The notes under the pieces are model-generated. The model ran no database searches and had not been told where the DNA came from. It saw only the letters and a list, made by a program, of their open reading frames with translations. This document shows positions 45,272 to 55,277 of a stretch of 64,000 bases of DNA, piece after piece. This stretch comes from an uncultured Deinococcaceae bacterium (GTDB lineage Bacteria > Deinococcota > Deinococci > Deinococcales > Deinococcaceae): contig CAXULY010000004.1 of the NCBI GenBank assembly GCA_964252075.1, positions 128,001 to 192,000 of the forward strand, given 5' to 3'. A program made the position numbers and the translations under genes. Position 1 is the first letter of the stretch, and each line of letters opens with the position of its first letter.

Positions 45272-45724
45272 ATGGACCAGAACGCTCTGCCCGCCCTGCC
45301 GGACGTGCTGCTTCCCCGCCTCGGGTTCCTGATTGCGGTCGCCAGTCAGGCGGTCACCAATCCCGTCGAAGCGCAGCTTACCCAGCTGGGCATCAACTCC
45401 CGCCAGTACGGCCTGCTGCTGATCCTGCAGGCCAGTGGACCGCACACGCAGGCCGCGCTGGGGGCGATCGGGCGCATCGACCGCACCAGCATGGTGGCCC
45501 TCGTGGACAGCCTGGAAGCGCAGGGCCTCCTCGCCCGCCGACCGCACCCCACCGACCGCCGCGCCCACCTCGTCACGCTCACCACGGCGGGCGAGGCCCT
45601 GCTGCCCCGCGCCACCGCCCTCGTCGAAGCCGCCGAGCACCACGCCCTCCAGGCCCTCAGTCCCGAGCAGGCCGCGCAGCTCTCAACCCTGCTGCGCCTC
45701 CTGCTGCAAGGAGCACCCACATGA
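45272..45724 (+). CDS. MarR family regulator
   Basis: IDRTSMVALVDSLEAQGLLARRPHPTDRRAHLVTLT..G. Confidence 0.93.
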   Translation: MDQNALPALPDVLLPRLGFLIAVASQAVTNPVEAQLTQLGINSRQYGLLLILQASGPHTQAALGAIGRIDRTSMVALVDSLEAQGLLARRPHPTDRRAHLVTLTTAGEALLPRATALVEAAEHHALQALSPEQAAQLSTLLRLLLQGAPT

Positions 45725-46095
45725 CCGACTTCACCCCCACCCTCGACTTCGCGAGCCTCCAGGTGCGCGACCTGAGCGCTGCCCGCACCTTCTACACCGA
45801 AGTGCTGGGCCTGCGCGTGGCGCAGGAGACGCCCGACGCCGTGATCTTCCAGCACACCAACGGCGCCAGCTTCGCCATCCGCCGACCCCTGACGGACCTC
45901 AACGCGGTGCCCACCCTCGGCGCGGGCGTCGCGCTGTGGTTCAGCACGCCCAGCACGGACGACCTGCACGCGCGCCTCCAGGCGCACGGCGAGACCATCC
46001 TGCAGGCGCCGCAACCCGGCCCCTTCGGGCGCATGCTGGTCGCGCGCGACCCGGACAGGTACGCCCTCACCTTCCACGAGGTCACCCGTGCATGA
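45721..46095 (+). CDS. VOC/glyoxalase/bleomycin-resistance family protein
   Basis: LQVRDL.AAR.FY.EVLGL, GPFGR...RDPD.Y. Confidence 0.9.
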   Translation: MTDFTPTLDFASLQVRDLSAARTFYTEVLGLRVAQETPDAVIFQHTNGASFAIRRPLTDLNAVPTLGAGVALWFSTPSTDDLHARLQAHGETILQAPQPGPFGRMLVARDPDRYALTFHEVTRA

Positions 46096-46966
46096 ATGGG
46101 TGGCCACCCTGCACCCACGCGCGCCCTTCGACTTCGCCCGCACCCTGGCCTTCGCGGAGGGCTTCACCCCCACCAGCCGCGAAACGGGCACGGCGGACGG
46201 CACCCTCATGCGCCTGCTCAGCCAGCGCGGCCACGCCGTCGAGGTGCAGGTGCGCGCCGAGGGCGACGCGCTACACCTGCGCGCGCGCAGCGACGCACCA
46301 CTGGACGAGGCCGCCCTGCTGTACCGCGCGCGCTTCTGGCTGAGCCTCGACGACGACCTCACGCCCTTCTACCGGGCCGCCCGGGGCGACCCGCCGTTCG
46401 CGCCCGTGCTGACGCGACTGCACGGCTACCACCAGGTGAAGTTCCTGACGCCCTTCGAGGCGCTCACTTGGGCGCTCCTGGCGCAGCGCACCCCGCAGGG
46501 CGCAGCGCGGGCCACCAAGCGCGCCCTCACGCAGACGTTCGGTCCCCAGCTGGGCGACCAAGCGGCCTTCCCGGAGCCAGACGCGCTTGCCACGGCCGGC
46601 GAGGCGGCGCTCGCCGCCCTCATGCCGCCGCTCAAGGCGCAGCGCCTGCACGCCGCCGCCCGCGCCTTCGCAGGCACCCCGGAGTCCTGGCTGCGCGACG
46701 CACCACTCGACGAGGTGCGCTCGTGGCTGCTGGCCCTGCCCGGCGTGGGGCCCTTCAGCGCCAGCCTGACCCTCATCCGCGGCCTGGGGCGCCTCGACGC
46801 GGGCGTGGAGGGCGACGGCATGGACGCCGCCCGTCTGCTGGACGCCGCGCGGCAGGTGTACGGAAGGGAACTGGACCCCGCCGGCCTTCAGGCGCTCGCC
46901 CACCGGTACGGCGACCAGCGGGGCCTCTGGGCGCACTACCTGCGCGCCGTCAGCACCTCAGGGTGA
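46088..46966 (+). CDS. DNA-3-methyladenine glycosylase, AlkA family
   Basis: PFEAL.WALLAQ, AFPEP, HhH LLALPGVGPFSA. Confidence 0.85.
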   Translation: MHEWVATLHPRAPFDFARTLAFAEGFTPTSRETGTADGTLMRLLSQRGHAVEVQVRAEGDALHLRARSDAPLDEAALLYRARFWLSLDDDLTPFYRAARGDPPFAPVLTRLHGYHQVKFLTPFEALTWALLAQRTPQGAARATKRALTQTFGPQLGDQAAFPEPDALATAGEAALAALMPPLKAQRLHAAARAFAGTPESWLRDAPLDEVRSWLLALPGVGPFSASLTLIRGLGRLDAGVEGDGMDAARLLDAARQVYGRELDPAGLQALAHRYGDQRGLWAHYLRAVSTSG

Positions 46967-47288
46967 AACGGCGTCCGGTGCGCCAGGACTGGGCAGCGGC
47001 GCTGACAGCGCCGTAAACTCCCGCTGGCGGCGCAGCGCGCTTGGCGGGCCAGCATAGCGTGAAGCGCACGGGGCCAACACACCTTCTGGGCACGCATCAC
47101 TGAAGCCAGCATCCGGAAGCCCGTGTTCTCCAACGCGGTCAGGGTTGTCGCCCAATCCCACCGGCAACTTAGACGGTCCGCCGCCCGGATGCGCACGGTT
47201 ATGCCCGTCCGCTCAGTCCTTCCACGGTCGGTGCGTCACACAGCGGGCCCTCGCCATGCAAGCAGAGCGACCAGCCATCGCCAGGGCT

Positions 47289-48245
47289 TCACGGCGCACT
47301 GGTCAGCTGCGCGAGGACCGTCCGGGCCACCGGGCCCACCAGGGGCTCGGGCAGGCGCGTCACCTCGAACCACCGGACCTCTGCCGCGCCATCCGTGTGG
47401 AGGGCCGCGCCGGCCGGCACGCGCGCGCTGTAGAGGGCGCTCACGTGATGCGTCTGCCCGCCGCTGGGGTCGGCGCTGACGTACGCGGGGCCCGCGAGCA
47501 GGTCGAGGAACTCCAGGTGCGTGGCGCGCACGCCCGCTGCATCCATGAGGGCGCGCCGAGCGGCCTCCTCGAAGGTCTCGCCCAGTTCCAGGGGCGCGCC
47601 CGGCAGGTCCCACGCGCCGCTGGCTGGGCGCCGCAGCAGCACCCGGCCCCGCTCGTCCCGCGCGAGCACGGCCGCCTCCACGCCGAAGGTGGGCTGCGCG
47701 CCGATGGCGGCGCGCAGTTCCGTCATGTAGCCCCGGCCTGCCGGGGGTGCGGGCGGCAGCGGGAGGGCGGGCCATTCGGGCGCCGGGCGCCCCAGGGCGC
47801 GGCACAGGTCCCGCAGGGCCGCGCGGTCCAGCGAACCGCTGATGCCCGCCGGGGGCGCGTCCGGCGGGAAGAAGTGCAGCTCCAGCGTCTCGTCGTCGCC
47901 CTTCAGGTCGGGGGCCTCGGCGTTCAGGCGCGCCACGTACACCGCGCCCGCGAAGTAGATCTGGTCGCCGTTTGGGTAGGTGAAGTGCAGGTCCGGGCCG
48001 CCGTACACTCCCAGGCGCTCCAGCGGCCCCACCGTGAGGCCCGCCTCTTCGCGCAGTTCGCGGCGCGCGGTGTCCTCCAGCGCCTCGCCCAGGTCACTGC
48101 CGCCGCCCGGAATGCCCCACAGGCCGTTGTCGCTGCGGCGCTGCAGCAGCACGCGGTCCCGGGCGTCCAGCACCAGCACGCCCGCCCCCACGGAGAACAG
48201 CGGGCGCGCGCCGACGAGGGACCGCAGGTGCAGCACGTGACTCAT
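47289..48245 (-). CDS. tandem-domain Nudix hydrolase
   Basis: GGGSDLGEALEDTARRELREEAGL and a degenerate second box PGAPLELGETFEEAARRALMDAAGV. Confidence 0.88.
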   Translation of the reverse strand: MSHVLHLRSLVGARPLFSVGAGVLVLDARDRVLLQRRSDNGLWGIPGGGSDLGEALEDTARRELREEAGLTVGPLERLGVYGGPDLHFTYPNGDQIYFAGAVYVARLNAEAPDLKGDDETLELHFFPPDAPPAGISGSLDRAALRDLCRALGRPAPEWPALPLPPAPPAGRGYMTELRAAIGAQPTFGVEAAVLARDERGRVLLRRPASGAWDLPGAPLELGETFEEAARRALMDAAGVRATHLEFLDLLAGPAYVSADPSGGQTHHVSALYSARVPAGAALHTDGAAEVRWFEVTRLPEPLVGPVARTVLAQLTSAP

Positions 48246-48342
48246 GCCGCCCAGAATACGGGTGGGCGTGCGGCCGGCACGTCAGGCCACCCTTCTAGAA
48301 GCGTCCCGCCGCGCCCCGCGCACAGCCGCTAGCATTCTTGGC

Positions 48343-49593
48343 ATGAGTGAAGGCGACCCGCACCCCTACAGCTTCGAGACTGAGGCGGTCCACCAGGGCA
48401 TCCCGCGCGAGGCGGGCGTGGGCCTGGGCCTGCCCATCCAGCAGATCGCGGCCTTCCAGTTCGACTCGCTGGACGCCGCCGCCGAGGAATTCAGCTCGAA
48501 CGCCACGCACAGTTACGCGCGCCTGCAGAACCCCACCACGCGCGCGTTCGAGGCGCGCCTCGCGGCCCTGGAGGGCGCCAGGAGCGCCGTGGCGCTCTCG
48601 ACGGGGCAGGCCGCAACCTTCACGGCAATGCTCTCCGTGTGCCGCGCCGGGGATCACATCGTGGCGACCAGCAGCCTCTTCGGCGGCTCGGCGGGCCTGC
48701 TGCAGAACATCCTGCCGCTCATGGGCATCACGTCCACCCTCGTGCCGAACGAGCCCGACGCCGTGCGCGCCGCCATGCAGGACAACACGCGCCTCGTGTG
48801 GGCGGAGACCATCGGGAATCCGGCGGGCGACGTGGCGGACCTCGCGGCGCTCGCGGAGGTCGCGCACGCGCGCGGCGCGCTGTTCGGGGTGGACAACACC
48901 TGGGGCGGCGTGGGGTATCTGTGCCGCCCGCTGGAGCACGGGGCGGACATCGTGACGCACAGCCTCACGAAGTGGGCGGCGGGGCACGGGCAGGTGCTGG
49001 GCGGCGCGGTGCTGACCGGCGACCAGCACGACCTCAGCCACAACCCCATCTACACGGAGAACGAACCGAACCTGCTGGCGGCGCGTGGCGGCGCGGCGGC
49101 CCTCGCGTGGCGGCAGCGCTGGCTGGGCGCGCACCAGATCGGCATGACGCTCAGCCCGAACTCTGCCTTCCTGATCGCGCTGGGCCTGGAGAGCCTCGCC
49201 TTGCGCCTCCAGCGCGAGGCGGACTCCGCCCTCGCGCTCGCGCGGCACCTCCAGGCGCACCCCGCCGTGACGCGCGTGGGGTACGCGGGCCTGGAGGACA
49301 GCCCGTGGTTCGCGCTCGCGCAGCGCTACCTGCCGCGCGGCGCGGGCGCCGTCCTGACCTTCGAGGTGCCGGACCCCGCGCGGCTGTTCGGGCGCCTGAA
49401 GCTCATCCGCATCGCCGCGAACCTCGGGGACAGCCGCACGCTCGTCATTCACCCGTGGACGACCACGCACGGCCGCATGGCGGAACCCGCGCGGCGCGCG
49501 GCGGGCGTCACGCCCGGCCTGATCCGCATGAGCGTCGGCGTGGAGGCCGTGCAGGACCTCATCGCGGACCTCGACCAGGCCCTCGCGGAGTAG
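48343..49593 (+). CDS. Cys/Met metabolism PLP enzyme (O-acetylhomoserine sulfhydrylase-like)
   Basis: YARLQNPT, ETIGNP, VDNT, HSLTKW, ANLGDSRTL..HP..TTH, IRMSVG.E. Confidence 0.9.
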   Translation: MSEGDPHPYSFETEAVHQGIPREAGVGLGLPIQQIAAFQFDSLDAAAEEFSSNATHSYARLQNPTTRAFEARLAALEGARSAVALSTGQAATFTAMLSVCRAGDHIVATSSLFGGSAGLLQNILPLMGITSTLVPNEPDAVRAAMQDNTRLVWAETIGNPAGDVADLAALAEVAHARGALFGVDNTWGGVGYLCRPLEHGADIVTHSLTKWAAGHGQVLGGAVLTGDQHDLSHNPIYTENEPNLLAARGGAAALAWRQRWLGAHQIGMTLSPNSAFLIALGLESLALRLQREADSALALARHLQAHPAVTRVGYAGLEDSPWFALAQRYLPRGAGAVLTFEVPDPARLFGRLKLIRIAANLGDSRTLVIHPWTTTHGRMAEPARRAAGVTPGLIRMSVGVEAVQDLIADLDQALAE

Positions 49594-49626
49594 GAGGGGT
49601 GGGCCGGGCGGCCCACCCCCCGTTCT

Positions 49627-51468
49627 TCACAGGCGCCGCGCGAGGAAGTCCGTCAGCAGGCGGTAACTGCGGGTCTTGCCCGCGATGTCGCCCGCGCCGT
49701 GCCCCTCGTCCTCGAACTCCAGGTACTCGAAGTCCCGGCCTTCCTCGCGGCCGTGCGCGAGGAGCGCGTCGCGGAAGCCGCGCGCCTGGTTGATGGGGCA
49801 GCGCGGGTCGTTCACGCCGTGCAGCATCAGCATGGTGGCCTTGAGGTTCGCGGCGTGCGTGACGGCGCTGCGGTCCCGCCAGAGGGCGGCGTCCTGCTCC
49901 GGGTCGCCCATCATGCTGCGGAAGTAGTACCCGAGCTGCGGCATCACGCGGCTGTTGTCGGCGTACAGCTGCGGGAGGTCGGAGATGCCCACGATGGGCA
50001 CGCTCACCTTGAAGAGGTCGGGTTTCTTCACGGCGATCAGGTACGCCATGAAGCCCCCGAAACTCCCGCCGAACACGCCGAGGCGCGCATCGTCCACGTA
50101 CGGCAGGCCCCGCAGGTACTCCGCGCCCGCCGCGACGTCCTCCAGGTCGCCGCCGCCCCAGTCGCGGAGGTTCGCGTCGCGCCACGCGACGCCGTACCCG
50201 GTGCTGCCGCGGATGTTCGGGCACAGCACCACGTACCCGCGGTCCGTGAGGAATTGCGCCTGCGGGTCGAAGCCCCGGAAGAACTGCGCGGTGGGGCCGC
50301 CGTGCACGTGAATGAGCGCGGGCAGGCGCGCGCCCGGCTCCTGCGCGGCGCGCGGCACGTACAGCAGGGCGGGCACCTGCTGCCCGTCGAAGCTGGGGTA
50401 GCGGACGTACTGTCCCTCCGTGAAGTCCGCGGGGTCGAGCGCCCCGTACTCGGCGGGCAGCAGCACCTCGGGGGTGTCCGTGGCGAGGTCGTACAGCAGC
50501 ACCTGCGCGCGGGTGGTGGTCGTGGCCTGCGTGAGCAGCAGCTTCGCGCCGTCCAGCACGAACTCCGTGCCGGCCACCACACCCTCCGGCAGGTTCAGGG
50601 CGCGCTCCGCGCCGCTCTGCACGTCGTACAGCACGGGCGTGAGGCTGCTGTCGCGGTTGCGGATCACGCTGAGCCAGCGCCCGTCCGGCGAGAAGCGCCC
50701 GGCGACCTCCTCGGTCACGCCGTCCGCCGGGGTGAGCCAGCGCACCTCGCCGCTCATGAGGTCCAGCAGGCCCACGCGAGTGTGCCCGTCCGCGTCGCTG
50801 CTCACCGCGACGTGACCGCCGTGCGGGTGCCAGGCGTGCAGGGCGTCCTGGCTGCCGTCCCGCACGTGCCACACGCGCGTCTGCCCGCTGCCGTCGGCGT
50901 TCATGACGTAGCCGTCGAGGTTCTTGAAGTCAGGCGTCTCGTTGCTGTTGAACGCCACGCGCGCGCCGTCCGGACTCCAGCCGACCGCCTGAGCGGGCGC
51001 CGCGAAGCGCGTGAGGGCCGTCCACGCGCCCTCACCCTGCGCGCCCAGGTCCAGGCGGTACACGTTCAGCTGCCCGCCGCGCGTGCTGTTCACGAGGAGG
51101 CTCCGCCCATCCGGGTGGAACTCCACCGCGTAATCCATGCTGCCCTCGGCGTGCTGCGCGGCCCGCACCGTGCCGGACGCGACGTCCAGCACGAACAGCG
51201 CCTGCCGCTCGTCGCCGTCCGTGTCGCGGCTGAACGCGATGCGGCTGCCGTCCGGCGACCACACGAAGCCCGCGCGCGGGGACTTCGGCGCTTCGCCGTG
51301 CGTGAGCTGACGCCGCTCGCCCGTGGTGAGGTTCAGCGCGTACAGCTCGTAACGTCCGCTCACGTCCCAGTAGAAGGCGGCGTGCTGGCCTTCCTGAGAC
51401 GCGCGGACGCCCAGCACGGTGGGCAGCTTGGCGAGTTCCTCCAGCGGGATGCGTTCGGTGGCCGTCAT
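49627..51468 (-). CDS. S9 family peptidase (acylaminoacyl peptidase-like, beta-propeller + alpha/beta hydrolase)
   Basis: WSPDG repeats, HGGP, GGSFGG, NDPRC, DEGHG. Confidence 0.93.
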   Translation of the reverse strand: MTATERIPLEELAKLPTVLGVRASQEGQHAAFYWDVSGRYELYALNLTTGERRQLTHGEAPKSPRAGFVWSPDGSRIAFSRDTDGDERQALFVLDVASGTVRAAQHAEGSMDYAVEFHPDGRSLLVNSTRGGQLNVYRLDLGAQGEGAWTALTRFAAPAQAVGWSPDGARVAFNSNETPDFKNLDGYVMNADGSGQTRVWHVRDGSQDALHAWHPHGGHVAVSSDADGHTRVGLLDLMSGEVRWLTPADGVTEEVAGRFSPDGRWLSVIRNRDSSLTPVLYDVQSGAERALNLPEGVVAGTEFVLDGAKLLLTQATTTTRAQVLLYDLATDTPEVLLPAEYGALDPADFTEGQYVRYPSFDGQQVPALLYVPRAAQEPGARLPALIHVHGGPTAQFFRGFDPQAQFLTDRGYVVLCPNIRGSTGYGVAWRDANLRDWGGGDLEDVAAGAEYLRGLPYVDDARLGVFGGSFGGFMAYLIAVKKPDLFKVSVPIVGISDLPQLYADNSRVMPQLGYYFRSMMGDPEQDAALWRDRSAVTHAANLKATMLMLHGVNDPRCPINQARGFRDALLAHGREEGRDFEYLEFEDEGHGAGDIAGKTRSYRLLTDFLARRL

Positions 51469-51494
51469 GCGCGCCAGCATACGCCTCCCGACCC

Positions 51495-52010
51495 TCAGCG
51501 CCCTGAGGGCGGCCCGTCGTCCAGGTGCAACTCCAGGAACATCAGGTCCAGCCACCGCCCGAACTTGTGCCCCACCTGCGAGAAGCGCCCCACCACCCGG
51601 AAGCCGTGCCGCTCGTGGAAGCGCAGGCTGAGGGCGTTCTCGGCGTCCACGCCCGCGAGCATCACGTGCCGCCCCTCCGTCCGCGCGAGTTCGATGAGCG
51701 GCGCGAGCAGTGCGCTGCCCAGGCCGCGGCCCTGCACGTCCAGCGCGACGTACACGCTGTGCTCCACGCTGAGGCGGTACCCGACCTTCGCGCGAAACGG
51801 CCCGTAGGTACTCCAGCCCAGCACGCGCCCGGTGTCCTCCGCGACCAGCACGGGCCAGCCGCCCGCCCGCTTCTCGTCGAACCATTGCAGGCGGTCCTCC
51901 AGGCTCACGGGCGCGTGGTCGTAACTGGCGGTGGTGTGCAGCACCGCCCAGTTGTAGATGTCCAGCATGGCGGGCACGTCCTCGCGGGTGGCGGGGCGGA
52001 TGAGGGGCAT
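51495..52010 (-). CDS. GNAT acetyltransferase (phosphinothricin/MnaT-like)
   Basis: IYN.AV..TTAS, VEHSVYV...QGRGLG, FHERHGF, VGHKFGRWLD. Confidence 0.92.
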   Translation of the reverse strand: MPLIRPATREDVPAMLDIYNWAVLHTTASYDHAPVSLEDRLQWFDEKRAGGWPVLVAEDTGRVLGWSTYGPFRAKVGYRLSVEHSVYVALDVQGRGLGSALLAPLIELARTEGRHVMLAGVDAENALSLRFHERHGFRVVGRFSQVGHKFGRWLDLMFLELHLDDGPPSGR

Positions 52011-52038
52011 GGCCGAGTGTAGAACGCCCCGGGGCGCT

Positions 52039-52245
52039 TCAGTCGAGCTTGAAGGGGCGCGGCTGGTCCTCTTCGGGGACGATGGGCGTTTCGGGTTCGT
52101 CGAGGTCGGGGCGCCGTCCGAACAGGCCGTTCGCGGCGTGGGTGGCGCCGAGGGGGTCGCTGGGGTGTTCGGTGCATGGGCGGATGAAGAAGGACGCGGT
52201 GATGAGGAGGGCGGGCAGCGCGATGAAGATCAGCAGGGCGATCAT
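52039..52245 (-). CDS. small single-pass membrane protein (68 aa)
   Basis: GGAGG RBS; hydrophobic N-terminus MIALLIFIALPALLITASFF, acidic tail. Confidence 0.6.
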   Translation of the reverse strand: MIALLIFIALPALLITASFFIRPCTEHPSDPLGATHAANGLFGRRPDLDEPETPIVPEEDQPRPFKLD

Positions 52246-52302
52246 GGGGCCTCCACCGAGAGCATAGGTGGGCGTGGCCCCTGCGGCCAGCTGACTCATC
52301 AT

Positions 52303-52330
52303 ACTCATAATCAGAAAATCAATTATGAGT
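52303..52330. promoter_or_regulatory. AT-rich inverted repeat between divergent genes (putative operator)
   Basis: ACTCATAAT-N10-ATTATGAGT. Confidence 0.55.
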
Positions 52331-52345
52331 GCAGGAGGACCGCCT

Positions 52346-53392
52346 GTGACTGGCCCGAACGACGCCCGCTCCCGCAAACGCACCTTCGGCGTGTACATCG
52401 GCCGCTTCGAACCGCCGCACCTCGCGCACCTCGCCGTGATGCAGGAGGCGCTCGAGTGGGTGCAGAAACTCATCGTGGTGATCGGCAGCGCCAGGGCCGC
52501 CCGCAGCACCAAGAACCCCTTCACCGCCGAGGAACGCCAGACCCTCATCCTCGACATGCTGGCGGAATCGGGCATTCCCGCCCGGCGCGTGCTGTTCGCG
52601 CAGGTGCGCGATTACTTCTACAACGAGTCCCTGTGGCTCAGCGAGGTGCAGCGCGGCGTGACGGCGCACATCAAGGGCAGCCAGGACGTCGCGCTGATCG
52701 GGCACATCAAGGACGACAGCAGTTACTACCTGCGCTCCTTCCCCGCCTGGGAGTTCCTGCCGACGCGCATCGAGAGCCCCCTGAGCGCCACGGGCGTGCG
52801 CCGCGCGTACTTCGGCGGGAACCCGCAGGGCGCGCTCGACATGGTGCCGCCCAGCGTGGGGGCCTTCCTCACCCGCTTCGCGCAGACGCCCGAGTATACC
52901 GCGCTGCGCGCCGAGTGGGATTACCTCGCGCAGTACCGCGCGGCGTGGGCGAACAGCCCCTACCCGCCGGTGTTCGTCACGACGGACGCAGTGGTCATCA
53001 AGAGCGGGCACGTGCTGCTCATCCGCCGCGCGGGCCAGCCGGGCGCCGGGCGGCTCGCCATGCCGGGCGGCTTCCTGGACGTGCACCAGCCGCTGCTGCA
53101 GTCGTGCCTGCGTGAGCTGCGCGAGGAGAGCGGCCTCGGCCCGAACCTGGACCTCGCGGGGAAAATGCGCGCCAGCGCCGTCTTCGATTACCCGGACCGC
53201 AGTCTGCGTGGGCGGACCATCACGCACGCCTTCCACTTCGACCTGGGCATCGGCCAGCTCCCCACCGTGCACGCCGCGAGCGACGCCGCCGAGGCCCTTT
53301 GGATGCCGCTCAGCGAGGTGCTCGCGCACCCCGAGTGGTTCTTCGAGGACCACCACGCCATCATCGAGCACTTCGTGATGAAGGGCCAGTAA
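52346..53392 (+). CDS. nadM: bifunctional NMN adenylyltransferase / ADP-ribose pyrophosphatase (NadM-Nudix)
   Basis: [50 protein letters not shown] before GTG 52346. Confidence 0.92.
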   Translation: MTGPNDARSRKRTFGVYIGRFEPPHLAHLAVMQEALEWVQKLIVVIGSARAARSTKNPFTAEERQTLILDMLAESGIPARRVLFAQVRDYFYNESLWLSEVQRGVTAHIKGSQDVALIGHIKDDSSYYLRSFPAWEFLPTRIESPLSATGVRRAYFGGNPQGALDMVPPSVGAFLTRFAQTPEYTALRAEWDYLAQYRAAWANSPYPPVFVTTDAVVIKSGHVLLIRRAGQPGAGRLAMPGGFLDVHQPLLQSCLRELREESGLGPNLDLAGKMRASAVFDYPDRSLRGRTITHAFHFDLGIGQLPTVHAASDAAEALWMPLSEVLAHPEWFFEDHHAIIEHFVMKGQ

Positions 53393-53408
53393 CACAGGAG
53401 GAACCCCC

Positions 53409-54809
53409 ATGACCGCCACCATGACGCACCACATCAGCGACGCGAACGGCATCCTGGACACGGACAGCTACAAGTCCAGCCACCACCTGCAGTACCCGCC
53501 GAAACTCACGCGGCTGTTCTCGTACCTGGAGTCGCGCGGCGGCAAGTACCCCGCCACGCGCTTCTTCGGGCTGCAGTACATCCTGAAGCGCTCCCTGATG
53601 CGCCCCATCACGCGCGAGATGGTGGAGGAAGCGCGCGAACTCATCACCGCGCACGGCGAGCCCTTCCCGTACGAGGGCTGGCTGCGCGTGGTGGACGTGC
53701 ACGGCGGGAGGCTTCCGCTGGAGGTGCGCGCCGTGCCGGAGGGCACGCTCGTGCCGAACCACAATGTGCTGATGAGCGTCACGAACACCGACCCGGAACT
53801 GCCGTGGCTGGTCGGGTGGTTCGAGACGACCCTCATGCGCGTCTGGTACCCCACCACCGTCGCCACGCAGAGTTACTATCTGCGCGGCATCCTCGCGGAG
53901 GCGCTCCAGCGGACCGCCGAGCACCCCGAAGCGGAGTTGCCCTTCAAGCTGCACGACTTCGGGTCGCGCGGCGTGTCCAGCCGCGAGAGCGCGGGCATCG
54001 GGGGCCTCGCGCACCTCGTGAACTTCCAGGGCACCGACACGCTGGAGGCACTGCGCGAGGCGCGCAATTACTACCACGCCGCCGTCGCGGGGTACAGCAT
54101 TCCCGCCGCGGAGCACAGCACCATCACCAGCTGGGGCAAGGAGCACGAGGTGGACGCTTACCGCCACGCGCTGCGCACCTTCGGGCAGCCCGGCAAGGTC
54201 TTCGCGGTCGTGAGTGACAGCTACGACCTGAAGCACGCCATCAACGAATTCTGGGGCACCCAGCTGCACGACGAGGTGCTCGCGTCCGGCGCGACGCTCG
54301 TGGTGCGCCCGGACAGCGGCGAGCCCGCCGCGATGGTCCGCATGGCGGTGCGCGCGCTCGCCGCGAAGTTCGGCACGACCACCAACAGCAAGGGCTACCA
54401 GGTGCTGCGCGGCGTGCGCGTCATCCAGGGCGACGGCATCGACGAGGAGAGCATCCGCGAGATCCTGGCCGCCATCATCGGGGACGGCTTCAGCGCGGAG
54501 AACGTCACCTTCGGGATGGGCGGCGCCCTCTTGCAGAAGGTGGACCGCGACACGCAGAAGTTCGCGTACAAGGCGAGCGCCGCGATCGTGGACGGGCACT
54601 ACCAGCCCATCTACAAGGACCCCGTCACGGACCCCGGCAAGCGCAGCAAGGACGGCGTGCTGGACCTCGTGCTGGAGAACGGCCGCATGGTCACGAAGCA
54701 GTACACGACCTTCGACACGGACTTCCCCGGCAGCCTGATGCGGGTCGTGTACCGCAACGGCGAACTGCTGGTGGACGACACCCTGGACGACATCCGGGCG
54801 CGGGCGTAG
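53409..54809 (+). CDS. nadV: nicotinamide phosphoribosyltransferase (NadV/NAMPT)
   Basis: DTDSYK.SH, LHDFG.RG, PAAEHS, VSDSYD, VRPDSG, IQGDG, FGMGG.LLQ. Confidence 0.92.
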   Translation: MTATMTHHISDANGILDTDSYKSSHHLQYPPKLTRLFSYLESRGGKYPATRFFGLQYILKRSLMRPITREMVEEARELITAHGEPFPYEGWLRVVDVHGGRLPLEVRAVPEGTLVPNHNVLMSVTNTDPELPWLVGWFETTLMRVWYPTTVATQSYYLRGILAEALQRTAEHPEAELPFKLHDFGSRGVSSRESAGIGGLAHLVNFQGTDTLEALREARNYYHAAVAGYSIPAAEHSTITSWGKEHEVDAYRHALRTFGQPGKVFAVVSDSYDLKHAINEFWGTQLHDEVLASGATLVVRPDSGEPAAMVRMAVRALAAKFGTTTNSKGYQVLRGVRVIQGDGIDEESIREILAAIIGDGFSAENVTFGMGGALLQKVDRDTQKFAYKASAAIVDGHYQPIYKDPVTDPGKRSKDGVLDLVLENGRMVTKQYTTFDTDFPGSLMRVVYRNGELLVDDTLDDIRARA

Positions 54810-54833
54810 GGCGCCCCTGAGGAGGGCAGGCGC

Positions 54834-55277
54834 GTGGACACCATCCGCTTCTACACCCTGAATGCGCCCTACGGCGAGTTCAGCAACTTCAGCCGCCACC
54901 CCATCACGGTGGATGGCGTGCTCTGGCCGACCAGCGAGCATTACTTCCAGGCGCAGAAGTTCGCCGGGACGCCCTTCGAGGAGGAGGTGCGGGCCCTGCC
55001 GAAACCCATGCTGGCCGCGCAGATGGGCCGCCGCCGCGACCTGCCGCTTCGCGCGGACTGGGAGGCCGTGAAGGACGACGTGATGCTCACGGCCCTGCGC
55101 GCGAAGTTCACGCAGCACCCGGACCTGCGCGCCCTGCTGCTCGGCACGGGCGACGCTCACCTCATCGAGCACACCGCGAACGACCGGTACTGGGCGGATG
55201 GCGGTGACGGCAGCGGACGCAACCGCCTGGGCGAACTGCTGATGCAGATTCGGGACGAGCTGCGGGGTATGCCGTGA
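54834..55277 (+). CDS. NADAR (YbiA) family protein
   Basis: FSNFS.HP, TSEHYFQAQKF, DWE.VK..VM, KF.QH, D.YW.DG.DG.G.N.LG.LLM..R. Confidence 0.93.
   Translation: MDTIRFYTLNAPYGEFSNFSRHPITVDGVLWPTSEHYFQAQKFAGTPFEEEVRALPKPMLAAQMGRRRDLPLRADWEAVKDDVMLTALRAKFTQHPDLRALLLGTGDAHLIEHTANDRYWADGGDGSGRNRLGELLMQIRDELRGMP

Noticed and set aside
46967..47288. 320-bp gap between convergent genes with short ORFs
   Set aside because: No recognisable motif, RBS or repeat; may be a decayed gene but this cannot be supported
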